Shown here piece by piece: positions 10,043 to 19,222 of a DNA stretch of 32,000 nucleotides; positions within the stretch are counted from its first letter, which is position 1; each line of letters opens with the position of its first letter. Made by a program: the position numbers and the translations under genes. The DNA is taken from contig OX638337.1 of the NCBI GenBank assembly GCA_951812855.1, positions 1,290,001 through 1,322,000 on the forward strand, in the 5' to 3' direction. Source of the DNA: an uncultured Lentisphaeria bacterium. GTDB lineage: Bacteria > Verrucomicrobiota > Lentisphaeria > JABSQK01 > JAJFLO01. The notes under the pieces are model-generated. The model ran no database searches and was not told the DNA's origin. It saw nothing but the letters and a program-made list of their open reading frames with translations.

Positions 10043-12553
10043 ATGATTGGCAGCGTTTCTTTTTTCAATTCAGTTTACAGGCCTCTTATCACCCGATATC
10101 CAAGAGTTATTTTAGGGTGCCTGACAGCGGTATTTCTGTTTTTGGGTTACCAGGCTAAAGAGTTCAAACTTGATGCATCCGCAGATTCCCTGACTCTTGA
10201 AAATGATAAACATGTCGAACTCTATCGAAAGATAAGTAAACGTTATAGTAGCAATAGTTTTCTATTAATGACATATCGGCCAAATCACGGCAGAGTCTTT
10301 GGCCAGAAGAATCTCGATGAATTAAAACAATTGCGTAACGAATTACAAGAGTTGGATCGTGTCGAAAATGTCATAACTATTTTAGACGTGCCTCTATTAA
10401 GAAACCCGCCAGTCCCCATTAACAAACTCCTTGATAATATAAAGAATCTGGAAGATACCGAAACGAATCTCGAACTTGCAGCTGAAGAGTTTGCCTATAG
10501 TCCGATTTACAAAAATCTACTTATCAGCGAGGATCTAAAGACTACAGCACTGAAGATTGATTTTCTCAGAGATGAAAAATTTGACAAGCTGATAACCAAA
10601 CGAAATGACCTGAGAGAAAAAGAACGAAACGGCACGATAACATCTGCTGAGTTAACTCAATTAGAGAACACGATCAGGGAATTTGAAATCCACAAAATCA
10701 AAGCTGATAAAGAACGTCATGAGGATATAATCAGTGTCAGAGAAATAATGAACAAATATAAGACAAATGCAAAACTGTATTTGGGCGGAGTTCCAATGAT
10801 CGCTGATGATATGATCACATTTATTAAAAATGATCTTCAAATATTCGGCTGCGGCATGCTTTTTTTCATCACACTGATTCTCGGTCTCATATTTAGGAAA
10901 AAACGCTGGGTTGCCATATCCATTTTGTGCTGTTTTTGCTCAACGCTATCCATGGCAGGGATATTAGGAATATTTGGTTGGAAAGTTACGGTTATCTCAT
11001 CAAATTTCATTTCCCTGCAGCTTATTATGACAATGTCACTGGTCATACACCTGATTGTGAAATTTAACGAACTTAGTCATAACAATCCGGCCTGGTCTCA
11101 AAACGATCTGGTTTTTGAAACTGTGTCTTCTAAATTGCAACCCTGTATTTTTGCTGCACTCACTACAATTGCCGGATTCAGCTCTCTTCTGGTATGTGAT
11201 ATTTTACCCGTCATCACATTTGGCTGGATGATGATTATGGGACTGGTCGTTTCATTAATTGTTACCTTTTCCATGTTTCCAGCAATCCTGATATTATTGC
11301 CAAAATTTGACGAAAATATCGGAAATAATTTTGGACAACTCTTTATAAAAAAAATGATGTTTATCACTCAAAATCGTGGAAAGATGGTTTATTTCGTGAC
11401 GATAGCAATGGCCGTTTTAATTGGTATAGGAATCTCAAGAATCAGTGTCGAAAACAGCTTTATCAATTTTTTCAAAAAGACCACTGAAATCTATAAAGGC
11501 ATGAAAGTGATCGACCAGACGATGGGTGGAACGACTCCTCTTGATATCCTCATTGAATTTGAGACGGACCCGCAGTCTCCCGATCCCGGGAACGCCCCCG
11601 TTCAGGCAGTTGACGAATTTAGTGAATTTGACGAATTTGACGAAGCTGAAGACGACGACCGTTACTGGTATACTATGGATAAAATCGCTCTATTAAGCGA
11701 TATCCATGATTACATCGATGAATTGCCTGAAACAGGGAAAGTATTGTCACTGGAAACAATGATAAAAATTGCAGAAAGTTTTAATAATGATCAACCCTTA
11801 AATAACTTTCAGCTGGCATTGCTTTATTCTGAAATACCAGACTACTACAAGACAATGATCCTTGATCCATATGCCTCAATAGAAGATAATCAGGCCAGAA
11901 TAAACGTTAGAATAAGGGATTCAATGGAATCCCTCAAACGCAGTGAACTACTGAAGAAGATAGAGTCAGAAGTTCAAAGTAAATTTGGATTGAAAGATCA
12001 CCAGGTACAGTTATCCGGTATGATGGTCCTTTATAACAATATGCTCCAGAGTTTGTTTCAATCACAGATTAAGACAATGGGAGTGGTTCTCTTATTGTTA
12101 GTCATAATGTTTCTGATCTTATTCCAATCACCGAAATTAGCATTAATCGCGATTATTCCCAATCTCCTTTCAGCTCTGTCAGTATTGGGAGTAATGGGGC
12201 TTGCAGGTGTATCACTGGATATGATGACAATCACCATTGTTGCGATCAGCATAGGTATTGCAGTCGACGATACAATTCATTATATTCACCGGTTCAGAAA
12301 AGAGATTGTTATTGACTATTCGTATACAAATGCGATGAATCGATGTCATAATTCAGTCGGTAATGCTATGGTGTATACATCATGCACAATTATAGCTGGA
12401 TTTTCAATCCTGGTGTTTTCTAATTTTATCCCAAGCATTATTTTTGGTATTTTGACCGGTTTTGCAATGTTTACAGCCTTACTCGGTGCGTTGACTTTAT
12501 TACCATTATTAATCATGACATTTAAACCATTCGGGACCTCAGCATCCTGCTAA
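10043..12553 (+). CDS. RND-superfamily exporter of the MMPL/HpnN-like type (two sterol-sensing-like 6-TM bundles)
   Basis: 836 aa with a duplicated architecture: TM1, a large loop, then five TM helices, twice. The conserved second-half motif VAISIGIAVDDTIHYIHRF is typical of MMPL/HpnN-like RND exporters. Substrate is unknown. Confidence 0.8.
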   Translation: MIGSVSFFNSVYRPLITRYPRVILGCLTAVFLFLGYQAKEFKLDASADSLTLENDKHVELYRKISKRYSSNSFLLMTYRPNHGRVFGQKNLDELKQLRNELQELDRVENVITILDVPLLRNPPVPINKLLDNIKNLEDTETNLELAAEEFAYSPIYKNLLISEDLKTTALKIDFLRDEKFDKLITKRNDLREKERNGTITSAELTQLENTIREFEIHKIKADKERHEDIISVREIMNKYKTNAKLYLGGVPMIADDMITFIKNDLQIFGCGMLFFITLILGLIFRKKRWVAISILCCFCSTLSMAGILGIFGWKVTVISSNFISLQLIMTMSLVIHLIVKFNELSHNNPAWSQNDLVFETVSSKLQPCIFAALTTIAGFSSLLVCDILPVITFGWMMIMGLVVSLIVTFSMFPAILILLPKFDENIGNNFGQLFIKKMMFITQNRGKMVYFVTIAMAVLIGIGISRISVENSFINFFKKTTEIYKGMKVIDQTMGGTTPLDILIEFETDPQSPDPGNAPVQAVDEFSEFDEFDEAEDDDRYWYTMDKIALLSDIHDYIDELPETGKVLSLETMIKIAESFNNDQPLNNFQLALLYSEIPDYYKTMILDPYASIEDNQARINVRIRDSMESLKRSELLKKIESEVQSKFGLKDHQVQLSGMMVLYNNMLQSLFQSQIKTMGVVLLLLVIMFLILFQSPKLALIAIIPNLLSALSVLGVMGLAGVSLDMMTITIVAISIGIAVDDTIHYIHRFRKEIVIDYSYTNAMNRCHNSVGNAMVYTSCTIIAGFSILVFSNFIPSIIFGILTGFAMFTALLGALTLLPLLIMTFKPFGTSASC

Positions 12554-12609
12554 GTTCCAAACTCCATTTTGAATTTGGAAAGAGCACTGTCATTAACAAC
12601 ACCATCCCC

Positions 12610-13067
12610 TTAATCTGAACCATAGGTGATGTTAAAACAAGTTGCGGTATTGCAGTAAAATGCCTTATAATCATCCCGTCTGTAATTGGGATATGTCCAG
12701 AACTGAGCCTGCCAGGTTTTACGAGTATAAGTTAAAGTAATCTCACCAAATATTCCGTCGTCGCTTTTCGTTATACCTGTCTGTATCAGCTAATTTCTGT
12801 TCCAGATTCTTCGTTTGATTTTGATACCCGGAAGGTATGTTGGTAAAATTCTGTCAATAAATGCCGCCAGGGCAATATACAGGACAGGTCTTCACCCATA
12901 GATGGTTCATAATAATTTGTTTCTTCAAAAGAAAAGAGTTCACTCTTTGTTAACAATGGACCCCATTTACTAATACTTTGATCAAGCCCCCATTCTATTG
13001 CGTCCGGATAACGACTGATAAATCCGGTAATCAATATCACAGGTTTATGATTTGAAATTGTCCCCAT
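12610..13067 (-). pseudogene. Decayed DUF4416-family gene (frameshifts plus an apparent internal deletion)
   Basis: ORF 12786..13067 matches the N-terminal half of DUF4416 as I remember it (KPVILITGFIS...FSFEETNYYEPSMGEDL) and then loses similarity. Other minus-strand frames downstream read GIKIK.., ..TKNLEQKLAD.. and ...DDGIFGEITLTYTRKTWQAQFWTYPNYRRDDYKAFY...*, which is the family's C-terminal WTYPDY region. The central NLDPGY segment is missing. Confidence 0.55.
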
Positions 13068-13072
13068 ACCGA

Positions 13073-14177
13073 TTAATTCATCCTCGGTTTTAACGATGTT
13101 ATTGAATATTTCAATTTCCCCAACGTTATCAATTCATATATAATTTCAGCCGTCACAAATCCAGGGGCCGGGCTTACTTTATAATGTCCTCCAGTCATAA
13201 CCAGCCCGGAAATTTCCGGAATCGGTTCAATATACGGTTTCGATCTGTACTTACCGGACGAAGCCCCGCCCATTGATTGATCACCTTGCTATTCGCAGAC
13301 ACCGGAAGAATTTCTGCAATGTTATTTAACAAATGAACTCTCACTTTATCCGTTAATGATAAGTCAACCGATCTTTTGAGTTCTGTTGTTGAGCCTATTG
13401 CAAGCTGATTATTATTCAAAGGCCGGACAAAGATACGTTTCCAGCGGATAACCCGATCAATACGCTTTTTCTGCATTCGAAGAATAATTGCCTGCCCTTT
13501 AACAGGATTTACCCGGGTATACTTTTGTAAAGCGGAAGCTTGAATAACCCGAAGCCACAACAACACCTTCAGATAAAAGTTCTCCGTTTTTCGTCTTCAC
13601 ACCGATTGCCTCATCATTATCGATTAACAGATCAGTTATCCGGCAGTTTTCTAAAATGCCAACACTGAGCTTTCTGCAGGCGGCATTTAATGCGTTCAGC
13701 AGTAAATGAACATCAATTTGAGCATAAAATGAAGAACTGATCGCACACAAATCCTGTCCCTGAAATTTCAGGGACTATAAAGTTCAATTCTTTATCACTG
13801 ATTACTGAAAGTGTAATTTGTTAATTGCTTAACTCTGATTTCTGGAAGAACGCAGCCTCCTTCTTTGTTATCTCCGGCTGTGTGTGATGATCTGGATAGT
13901 ACTTTAATCCCGCCACATCGCCAGAACCCAACGCCAATTCCCGAAAAAGATTCCAGTTCCTGTATGTAGTTACTGAAACACAGTAATCCTGTATTATGAA
14001 TAAAATTAAATTCAGCGGAGATGGCGGTCACAGCACTCCCAGTGCTGAACCCGTGGCACCGGGCCCACAGAATTTATTTTCCGGAAGTGTAACCGAAATG
14101 TTGTTTTTCGCCAACTGGAAAGCGGTGCAGAGTCCTTTAATTCCATCTCCAGCGACGCTAAAACGCGGATTATTGGT
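13073..14177 (-). pseudogene. Decayed FAD-dependent oxidoreductase (DAO family, glycine oxidase ThiO-like), split over at least five frames
   Basis: Consecutive minus-strand fragments are collinear with DAO/ThiO proteins. (1) ..NPRFSVAGDGIKGLCTAFQLAKNNISVTLPE..GATGSALGVL*, a degenerate GxGxxG FAD fold. (2) ORF 13795..14031, YIQELESFSGIGVGFWRCGGIKVL. (3) ORF 13499..13750, QIDVHLLLNALNAACRKLSVGILENCRITDL...IGVKTKNGELLSEGVVVASGYSS. (4) ORF 13195..13566, NPVKGQAIIL...AIGSTTE...WAGLRPVSTD. (5) ORF 13073..13273, LVMTGGHYKVSPAPGFVTAEIIYELI. No single frame is open. Confidence 0.75.
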
Positions 14178-14180
14178 TTT

Positions 14181-15170
14181 TCAATTTTCAGGAACATCAT
14201 GGAGTAATTTATCAATCATATTTTCAGTCGTAATACCTTCAGCATCTGCGTGAAAATTCGTGATGATTCTATGACGTAATACGGGTTTGGCCAGGGCCCT
14301 GATATCTTCACATGCAACATTGTAGCGCCCATACAGAAGTGCTCGTGCTTTTCCAGCTAAAACCAATGCCTGTGACGCCCGACTTCCGGCTCCCCATTTA
14401 ATCATCTCTTTGACATATTTTAGAGAACTCCCGGTATTCCGTGTCGCTGACACAAGACGGACTGCATAAGAAACAACGTTTGATGAAACAGGCACTTCTC
14501 TTACCAGTTCCTGAATTTCAGTAAGTTCTTCACCCGTGAAAACTTTTTCAAGAGTCGGGTTATCAGGATTTGTCGTTCTCTGAACCATTTCTTTTTCCTG
14601 TTCTGCTGATAAATAATCCATTACAACGTTAAAAATAAAACGGTCAAGTTGTGCTTCAGGCAAGGGATAGGTCCCTTCAAGTTCGATTGGATTTTGTGTT
14701 GCCAAAACAAAAAAAGGCTTCTCAAGGGTATAGGTTTTTCCCCCTGCAGTAACCTGCCTTTCTCCCATTGCTTCAAGCAGTGCGGCTTGAGTTTTTGGTG
14801 GTGTACGATTAATTTCATCTGCCAGAATGATGTTTGCGAAAATTGGACCCTTGTTAAATGTAAATATTCGTTTTCCTGTTGCAGAATCCTCTTCAAGGAG
14901 TTCAGTTCCGCAAATATCTGCCGGCATTAAATCCGGTGTAAACTGAATTCGTTTACAGGTCAGCGAAAATATTTCAGCAATACTTTTTACAAGCAACGTT
15001 TTGCCCAGCCCCGGTACGCCTGTCATCAGACAGTGCCCCTGTGTTAATAGAGCGATAATCATCTCTTCAATAATCGTTTCCTGACCAATAATGACCTTTT
15101 GCAGCTCATTGGCAATTTTGTCCCTGGTTTTAGAAACTTTCGATATAATTTCTGAACTGTCCTGTTCCAT
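14181..15170 (-). CDS. MoxR-family AAA+ ATPase
   Basis: VIIGQETIIEEMIIALLTQGHCLMTGVPGLGKT (Walker A), FTPDLMPADICGTE, ILADEINRTPPKTQAALLEAM (Walker B/sensor) and FFVLATQNPIELEGTYPLPEAQLDRF. 329 aa, typical of the MoxR AAA_3 family. Confidence 0.9.
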   Translation of the reverse strand: MEQDSSEIISKVSKTRDKIANELQKVIIGQETIIEEMIIALLTQGHCLMTGVPGLGKTLLVKSIAEIFSLTCKRIQFTPDLMPADICGTELLEEDSATGKRIFTFNKGPIFANIILADEINRTPPKTQAALLEAMGERQVTAGGKTYTLEKPFFVLATQNPIELEGTYPLPEAQLDRFIFNVVMDYLSAEQEKEMVQRTTNPDNPTLEKVFTGEELTEIQELVREVPVSSNVVSYAVRLVSATRNTGSSLKYVKEMIKWGAGSRASQALVLAGKARALLYGRYNVACEDIRALAKPVLRHRIITNFHADAEGITTENMIDKLLHDVPEN

Positions 15171-15188
15171 GTTATTGAATACTTTCTG

Positions 15189-16322
15189 TTAATGAGTTAA
15201 TGCATACATAAATATATTTGTCCCTAACCGGGTGTAGAACACATGAGCAAAATCACTGATTTCCCTGCTTTGATAATAACGAAATACACGCCACCGATTA
15301 TGCGGTTCGTTAACCCATGCAGGCAACGCATCGTTTTGACAATAAATTACATCCCTGCCTCCATCCTCACGGGTAGACTCATATCGGTCCCCTGAGTAAG
15401 CTGCTGTTCCAAGATAATCTGATAATCCTGTCGTGCTTTCTCGAATTCTAAATCGAATGGTGGTTGACCAGTTTCCCAGATGATTCTTACCCCAGCCCAT
15501 TGAAATAATTGGTGTTGCAAGAACAGCAATACGACCTTTCACGGACATCGCCACCGCAGAATAAGTTCCCTGAGGCCACTTTTCTTCAATTACAAAATCT
15601 CGGACTGAATCGGGAAGATTACCGGGATCGGGTAATCCGCTGTAAAATGATTTAAACAAGGCGTGCGTGCGTTTTAACGGAAGGAACTTTTTTCCCGGAA
15701 AAACCTGCTTAAATGCGTCTTTAATTACCGGCGATGCCTCCCAGTCCGCAAAACTATGATGTTGTCCATGACTTCTGTTCTTGCGAAGAAATTCCGCATT
15801 AATTCCGGCATCAATATAGATAAACCCTCCCCGTTCCAAATATTTCCTTAAATTTCGTTTTTCCATCTCTGAAAGAGTCCAATCTTTTCGATCTCCAAAA
15901 TTGACAAAAATAAACGGGTGCTGAAAAATTATCGGATCTTCAAACGATGAAATGATCACCGGGTCCTTATTTATTTTTACTGTGGTTCTGTCATTGATCG
16001 CAGATAATAATGTCGGCAATGCATTCGGATAGTTCCGATGAATACTCTTCCCCTGTATCAGTTGAACGATTGATACATTCGGGAGACCTGATTTTTTAAT
16101 TGACAACTGACGTTGAGCATCGTGTGAATTGACCGGGTTTATCGCAAGGCAATCTGATTGCACTGTTATCGATGCAATAAAGATGATCAATAAAAATGAT
16201 TTTTTAAGATAAAATGAAAAATCTCGACTTCCGTTAAGCTCAAGACGGGTTATGTCATGTACAACTGAATTATTATCAGGATTACCGTCAGCTTTATTTA
16301 ATTTCACCGATAGCGTTGTCAA
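15189..16322 (-). CDS. DUF4159 domain-containing membrane-anchored protein
   Basis: Single hydrophobic segment (SFLLIIFIASITVQS) after a roughly 40-aa N-terminal tail. The core ALPTLLSAINDRTTV...IFQHPFIFVNFG...LSEMEKRNLRKYLERGGFIYIDAG...FKQVFPGKKFLPL...HALFKSFY matches the DUF4159 pattern I recall. That family commonly neighbours MoxR/Bat-type genes. Lies 18 nt upstream of moxR. Confidence 0.65.
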   Translation of the reverse strand: MTTLSVKLNKADGNPDNNSVVHDITRLELNGSRDFSFYLKKSFLLIIFIASITVQSDCLAINPVNSHDAQRQLSIKKSGLPNVSIVQLIQGKSIHRNYPNALPTLLSAINDRTTVKINKDPVIISSFEDPIIFQHPFIFVNFGDRKDWTLSEMEKRNLRKYLERGGFIYIDAGINAEFLRKNRSHGQHHSFADWEASPVIKDAFKQVFPGKKFLPLKRTHALFKSFYSGLPDPGNLPDSVRDFVIEEKWPQGTYSAVAMSVKGRIAVLATPIISMGWGKNHLGNWSTTIRFRIRESTTGLSDYLGTAAYSGDRYESTREDGGRDVIYCQNDALPAWVNEPHNRWRVFRYYQSREISDFAHVFYTRLGTNIFMYALTH

Positions 16323-16497
16323 TTTTACTCTGTTTATTATTTAATTTTAATCCGTAACCAGGGAATACTTAAAAACGTTCCGGATATAATCTGCTGTAAA
16401 CCAAAGAAATAATGTAGGGATATCTGAATTTATTCCAGTCTATGTCACAACTTAACTGTGCTGCGAAGCGGTGTCAGGTCTATTTTCCAGTTTACTT

Positions 16498-18048
16498 CTA
16501 CCTGCGATGTATCACTGCCGGGTGTTGAAATCTATTATGGTGGTTTAGAATGTCCAATAATTTCTTATTCTCAGATATTTCCAATATTCCTCTGACAAAT
16601 GCAATCGTCTCCTTATTATTTGAAACCCGGATCATTCGAACCATTTCTCCACCAATTTCATCTTCATCATCCATTAAGGTTTGTGCTAAAAGTTCCTGCC
16701 AGTTATCAAGTCTTCTATTAATAATTTCCATAAGTGCTTTAATACGAATGCTATTGTCATCATCAATGATCAAGTCGATTAATAAACGCATTGCTCCTAC
16801 ATTATCCAATCTCTTACTGTATGTAATGACGAACTCACGTATATCACTGTAGTGACTCATTGACAATCGCTGAAGATCCCTCATATCCAGTTTGCCATTG
16901 CGTAACAAAACATAGGTAACTCGACTTCTGATTTGCTGAAGTGGATCGTCGAGCAAATCAATAAGCAAATTAAGATTTGCAGTCTTCCAAAAATAATCTC
17001 CATAAGTCTGTAGTGCCAATTCACGAAAACCAATGTTTTTATGAGAGAAAAGTGCGATCAATTCCGCTTCACCGCCGTCCTTCATAAAACCGAGTTTTCG
17101 GATAATTTTAGTTCCGGAAATTTGGCTTATCCGATGATTACTCAGTCGCTTTTTTAATTCCGGATAATATGAAAAATTATTATTCTCAAACAAAATTATA
17201 AGTGCTTCAGTAGATATTTCAAAATCGTCATCGTCGGTCATTGATTTCAAAATGTTTATTGTTAATGTTATATTTAACCGGGCAAGGATCTTTACGTAGT
17301 GAAGTCGCAATGTTTTATCCGAGTCATTTTCAAGAAATTTAGTTTGGTTGACAAACTCCGCATGATTCAGTGAACTGCTAATCGCATTTAATGCCAATAT
17401 TCTAACATCCCTGTCCGAATCATGTAACAAGCCCAATATCGTGGAATTGTCAATAATTCCCTTGAAATGCTGATAGCCTGTAATCATATTCTTCCTCACA
17501 ATACTGTCATTGTCTGTAAATGCCTTTTTTATTATTAACTGCAAGTCCGGTGGAAATTGATGGGTACGAATCTGCCCGCGAATTCTTATAAATGTTCGAC
17601 CAAATCCCATTATATCCGGTATATAAGAGGACGCAATCCGTCTAATATGAACGTCTTCATCCCCAATCATAGTCAGAACTTCGTTACGAGAATTCTCTGG
17701 AAAAGGCCTGGTTTCGGTCATGGACACCAACGCAGACCGCCGTATACTTGCATCATCATCTCGCAGAGATCTTATGATCGCACTTTTCGCTGCAGAATGT
17801 GAATATTTTCCCAATATCAATACTGCACGTTTACGAATATCCACCGATGAGGATGTTAGATCTTCCAGACATTTTGTTATTGTCTGAATTTCTGATTCGT
17901 ATTTGTCATTCCCGCTTACCGACTGTATCACAATTGGAGACATTAGAAAAAACACCATTAGACAGGCTGAAAGGGCAGTAAAGTTGTTTGATTGAGTCAT
18001 GATGTATTGAGCTGTGTGACAAAAACAGAGGATTGTCTGGCAAGACAT
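16498..18048 (-). CDS. HEAT-repeat protein with N-terminal signal peptide or membrane anchor
   Basis: Repeated HEAT/PBS-lyase-like units (DIRKRAVLILGKY, DASIRRSALVSM, DVHIRRIASSYI, DSIVRKNMITGY, DRDVRILALNAI, QQIRSRVTYVL, NSIRIKALMEI). The N-terminus has a hydrophobic stretch, FTALSACLMVFFLMSPIVIQSVSG. The more likely start is the second Met (about 18000, MTQSNNF...). Confidence 0.7.
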   Translation of the reverse strand: MSCQTILCFCHTAQYIMTQSNNFTALSACLMVFFLMSPIVIQSVSGNDKYESEIQTITKCLEDLTSSSVDIRKRAVLILGKYSHSAAKSAIIRSLRDDDASIRRSALVSMTETRPFPENSRNEVLTMIGDEDVHIRRIASSYIPDIMGFGRTFIRIRGQIRTHQFPPDLQLIIKKAFTDNDSIVRKNMITGYQHFKGIIDNSTILGLLHDSDRDVRILALNAISSSLNHAEFVNQTKFLENDSDKTLRLHYVKILARLNITLTINILKSMTDDDDFEISTEALIILFENNNFSYYPELKKRLSNHRISQISGTKIIRKLGFMKDGGEAELIALFSHKNIGFRELALQTYGDYFWKTANLNLLIDLLDDPLQQIRSRVTYVLLRNGKLDMRDLQRLSMSHYSDIREFVITYSKRLDNVGAMRLLIDLIIDDDNSIRIKALMEIINRRLDNWQELLAQTLMDDEDEIGGEMVRMIRVSNNKETIAFVRGILEISENKKLLDILNHHNRFQHPAVIHRR

Positions 18049-18120
18049 TATTTAACTGATTCAACGGAAAAAAGTCAATATTATGACGTGATATATCAAA
18101 TCCTGAAAACGGACTGTTAT

Positions 18121-19221
18121 CTATAGCTTCCCAATCCGTTTTAGTACGTTGAGAACCTCATCTCCTTCAGTATGCGATTCCCTCCAAACCTTTTCAGCCT
18201 CATTGGTAAGATCAACTTCCAGCCTGGAGAGCGTAACATATTGATCCAGTGATTTTTCAACCCGATTTCGTTTATGTCTGCCTGAAATCGCATTAAAATC
18301 ATCGACTAATTCTAAAGGCTTTCGAGAATAAAGTAAAGACACGGTAATCAGCGGTTTTTTCAGTTCGGGATTGTGCAGTACCGAATACATTGGAGAAACA
18401 TCGTCTTCAGCAAAATAGTCAAGTATACTGTAAAAACTGTTTGTTAAATCCGGATTAGGGAGTTCAAGGAGAAAAAGAGATTCAATCGTCCCTTCTGGAT
18501 CAAGAAGTAATTCATTGTAATTTGCCTTTAACTGTTTACCAAACGGTACGTCCTGATCATACTCAAATTGGCAAAAATGATTGAAATATGGTTTCGTTTT
18601 ATAAAGACAAAAATCTTCATAATCGATATTTCCATCAAGCTGTTTTAACTCTTCGCCTTTAATTGGAATATGCAGGAAATGATTTAACGACTCAATAATC
18701 ATTTTATTAAATGTTTTTTCAGGGATGCGTTGTTCAAATTTCACCTTATTCGAGAATACAATTAAATTACCTGTGTTACCCGCATCAATCGCCTTCGAAA
18801 CAGGTCCTTCCAGAAAACTAATGGTATTATCAACAAAATCAGATGATTCCCGCTGTGCATAAGGAACAACAAACACAAATACGGTTTTATTTGTTATGGA
18901 TATCGAATCTAATGCGGACAGATGTTCTAACATTACCGAACAAAGTCCGTTTCCAGTTCCCCCTCCGGTTGAACAGAATACGGTCTGTCCCTTAATGAGG
19001 TCAAGTGCCTTGTTTTTTACAGACTGGAATGCCTGTCTTCCAATTTCCGGATCCTTTCGTGAACCTTTAAGCTGTGCTTTACTTGAATGTGCAACCGCAC
19101 GAATTTTAGAACATGCTTCAACCTTATCAAGCTCCACTCCGGAAACATCAAATATTGTTGCACTCCCTTCGTCTAATAAACTGGCCAGTTTGCTTCCGGC
19201 CCCGCCAACTCCAACACTCAT
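18121..19221 (-). CDS. Divergent FtsZ/tubulin-superfamily GTPase (TubZ-like or FtsZ-like, 366 aa)
   Basis: GVGGAGSK at aa 4-11 (T1/G-box; FtsZ has GVGGGGxN). KGSRKDPEIGRQAF at aa 52-65 (compare the FtsZ GAGxNPxxGxxAA region). STGGGTGNG at aa 84-92 (tubulin/FtsZ signature GGGTG[ST]G, about 18946..18966). VFVVPYAQRE and LIVFSNK strands sit in FtsZ-like order. NIDYED at aa 198-203 (T7 NxDxxD, about 18613..18630). I cannot assign the C-terminal 160 aa or so. The GGAGGG Shine-Dalgarno lies inside the last codons of the upstream ORF. Confidence 0.75.
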   Translation of the reverse strand: MSVGVGGAGSKLASLLDEGSATIFDVSGVELDKVEACSKIRAVAHSSKAQLKGSRKDPEIGRQAFQSVKNKALDLIKGQTVFCSTGGGTGNGLCSVMLEHLSALDSISITNKTVFVFVVPYAQRESSDFVDNTISFLEGPVSKAIDAGNTGNLIVFSNKVKFEQRIPEKTFNKMIIESLNHFLHIPIKGEELKQLDGNIDYEDFCLYKTKPYFNHFCQFEYDQDVPFGKQLKANYNELLLDPEGTIESLFLLELPNPDLTNSFYSILDYFAEDDVSPMYSVLHNPELKKPLITVSLLYSRKPLELVDDFNAISGRHKRNRVEKSLDQYVTLSRLEVDLTNEAEKVWRESHTEGDEVLNVLKRIGKL

Positions 19222-19222
19222 A

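Noticed and set aside
12554-12600. Hairpin ttccaaa-N12-tttggaa just after the RND stop as a terminator
   Set aside because: The 7-bp stem is AT-rich, has a large loop and is not followed by a T-tract, so support is insufficient.
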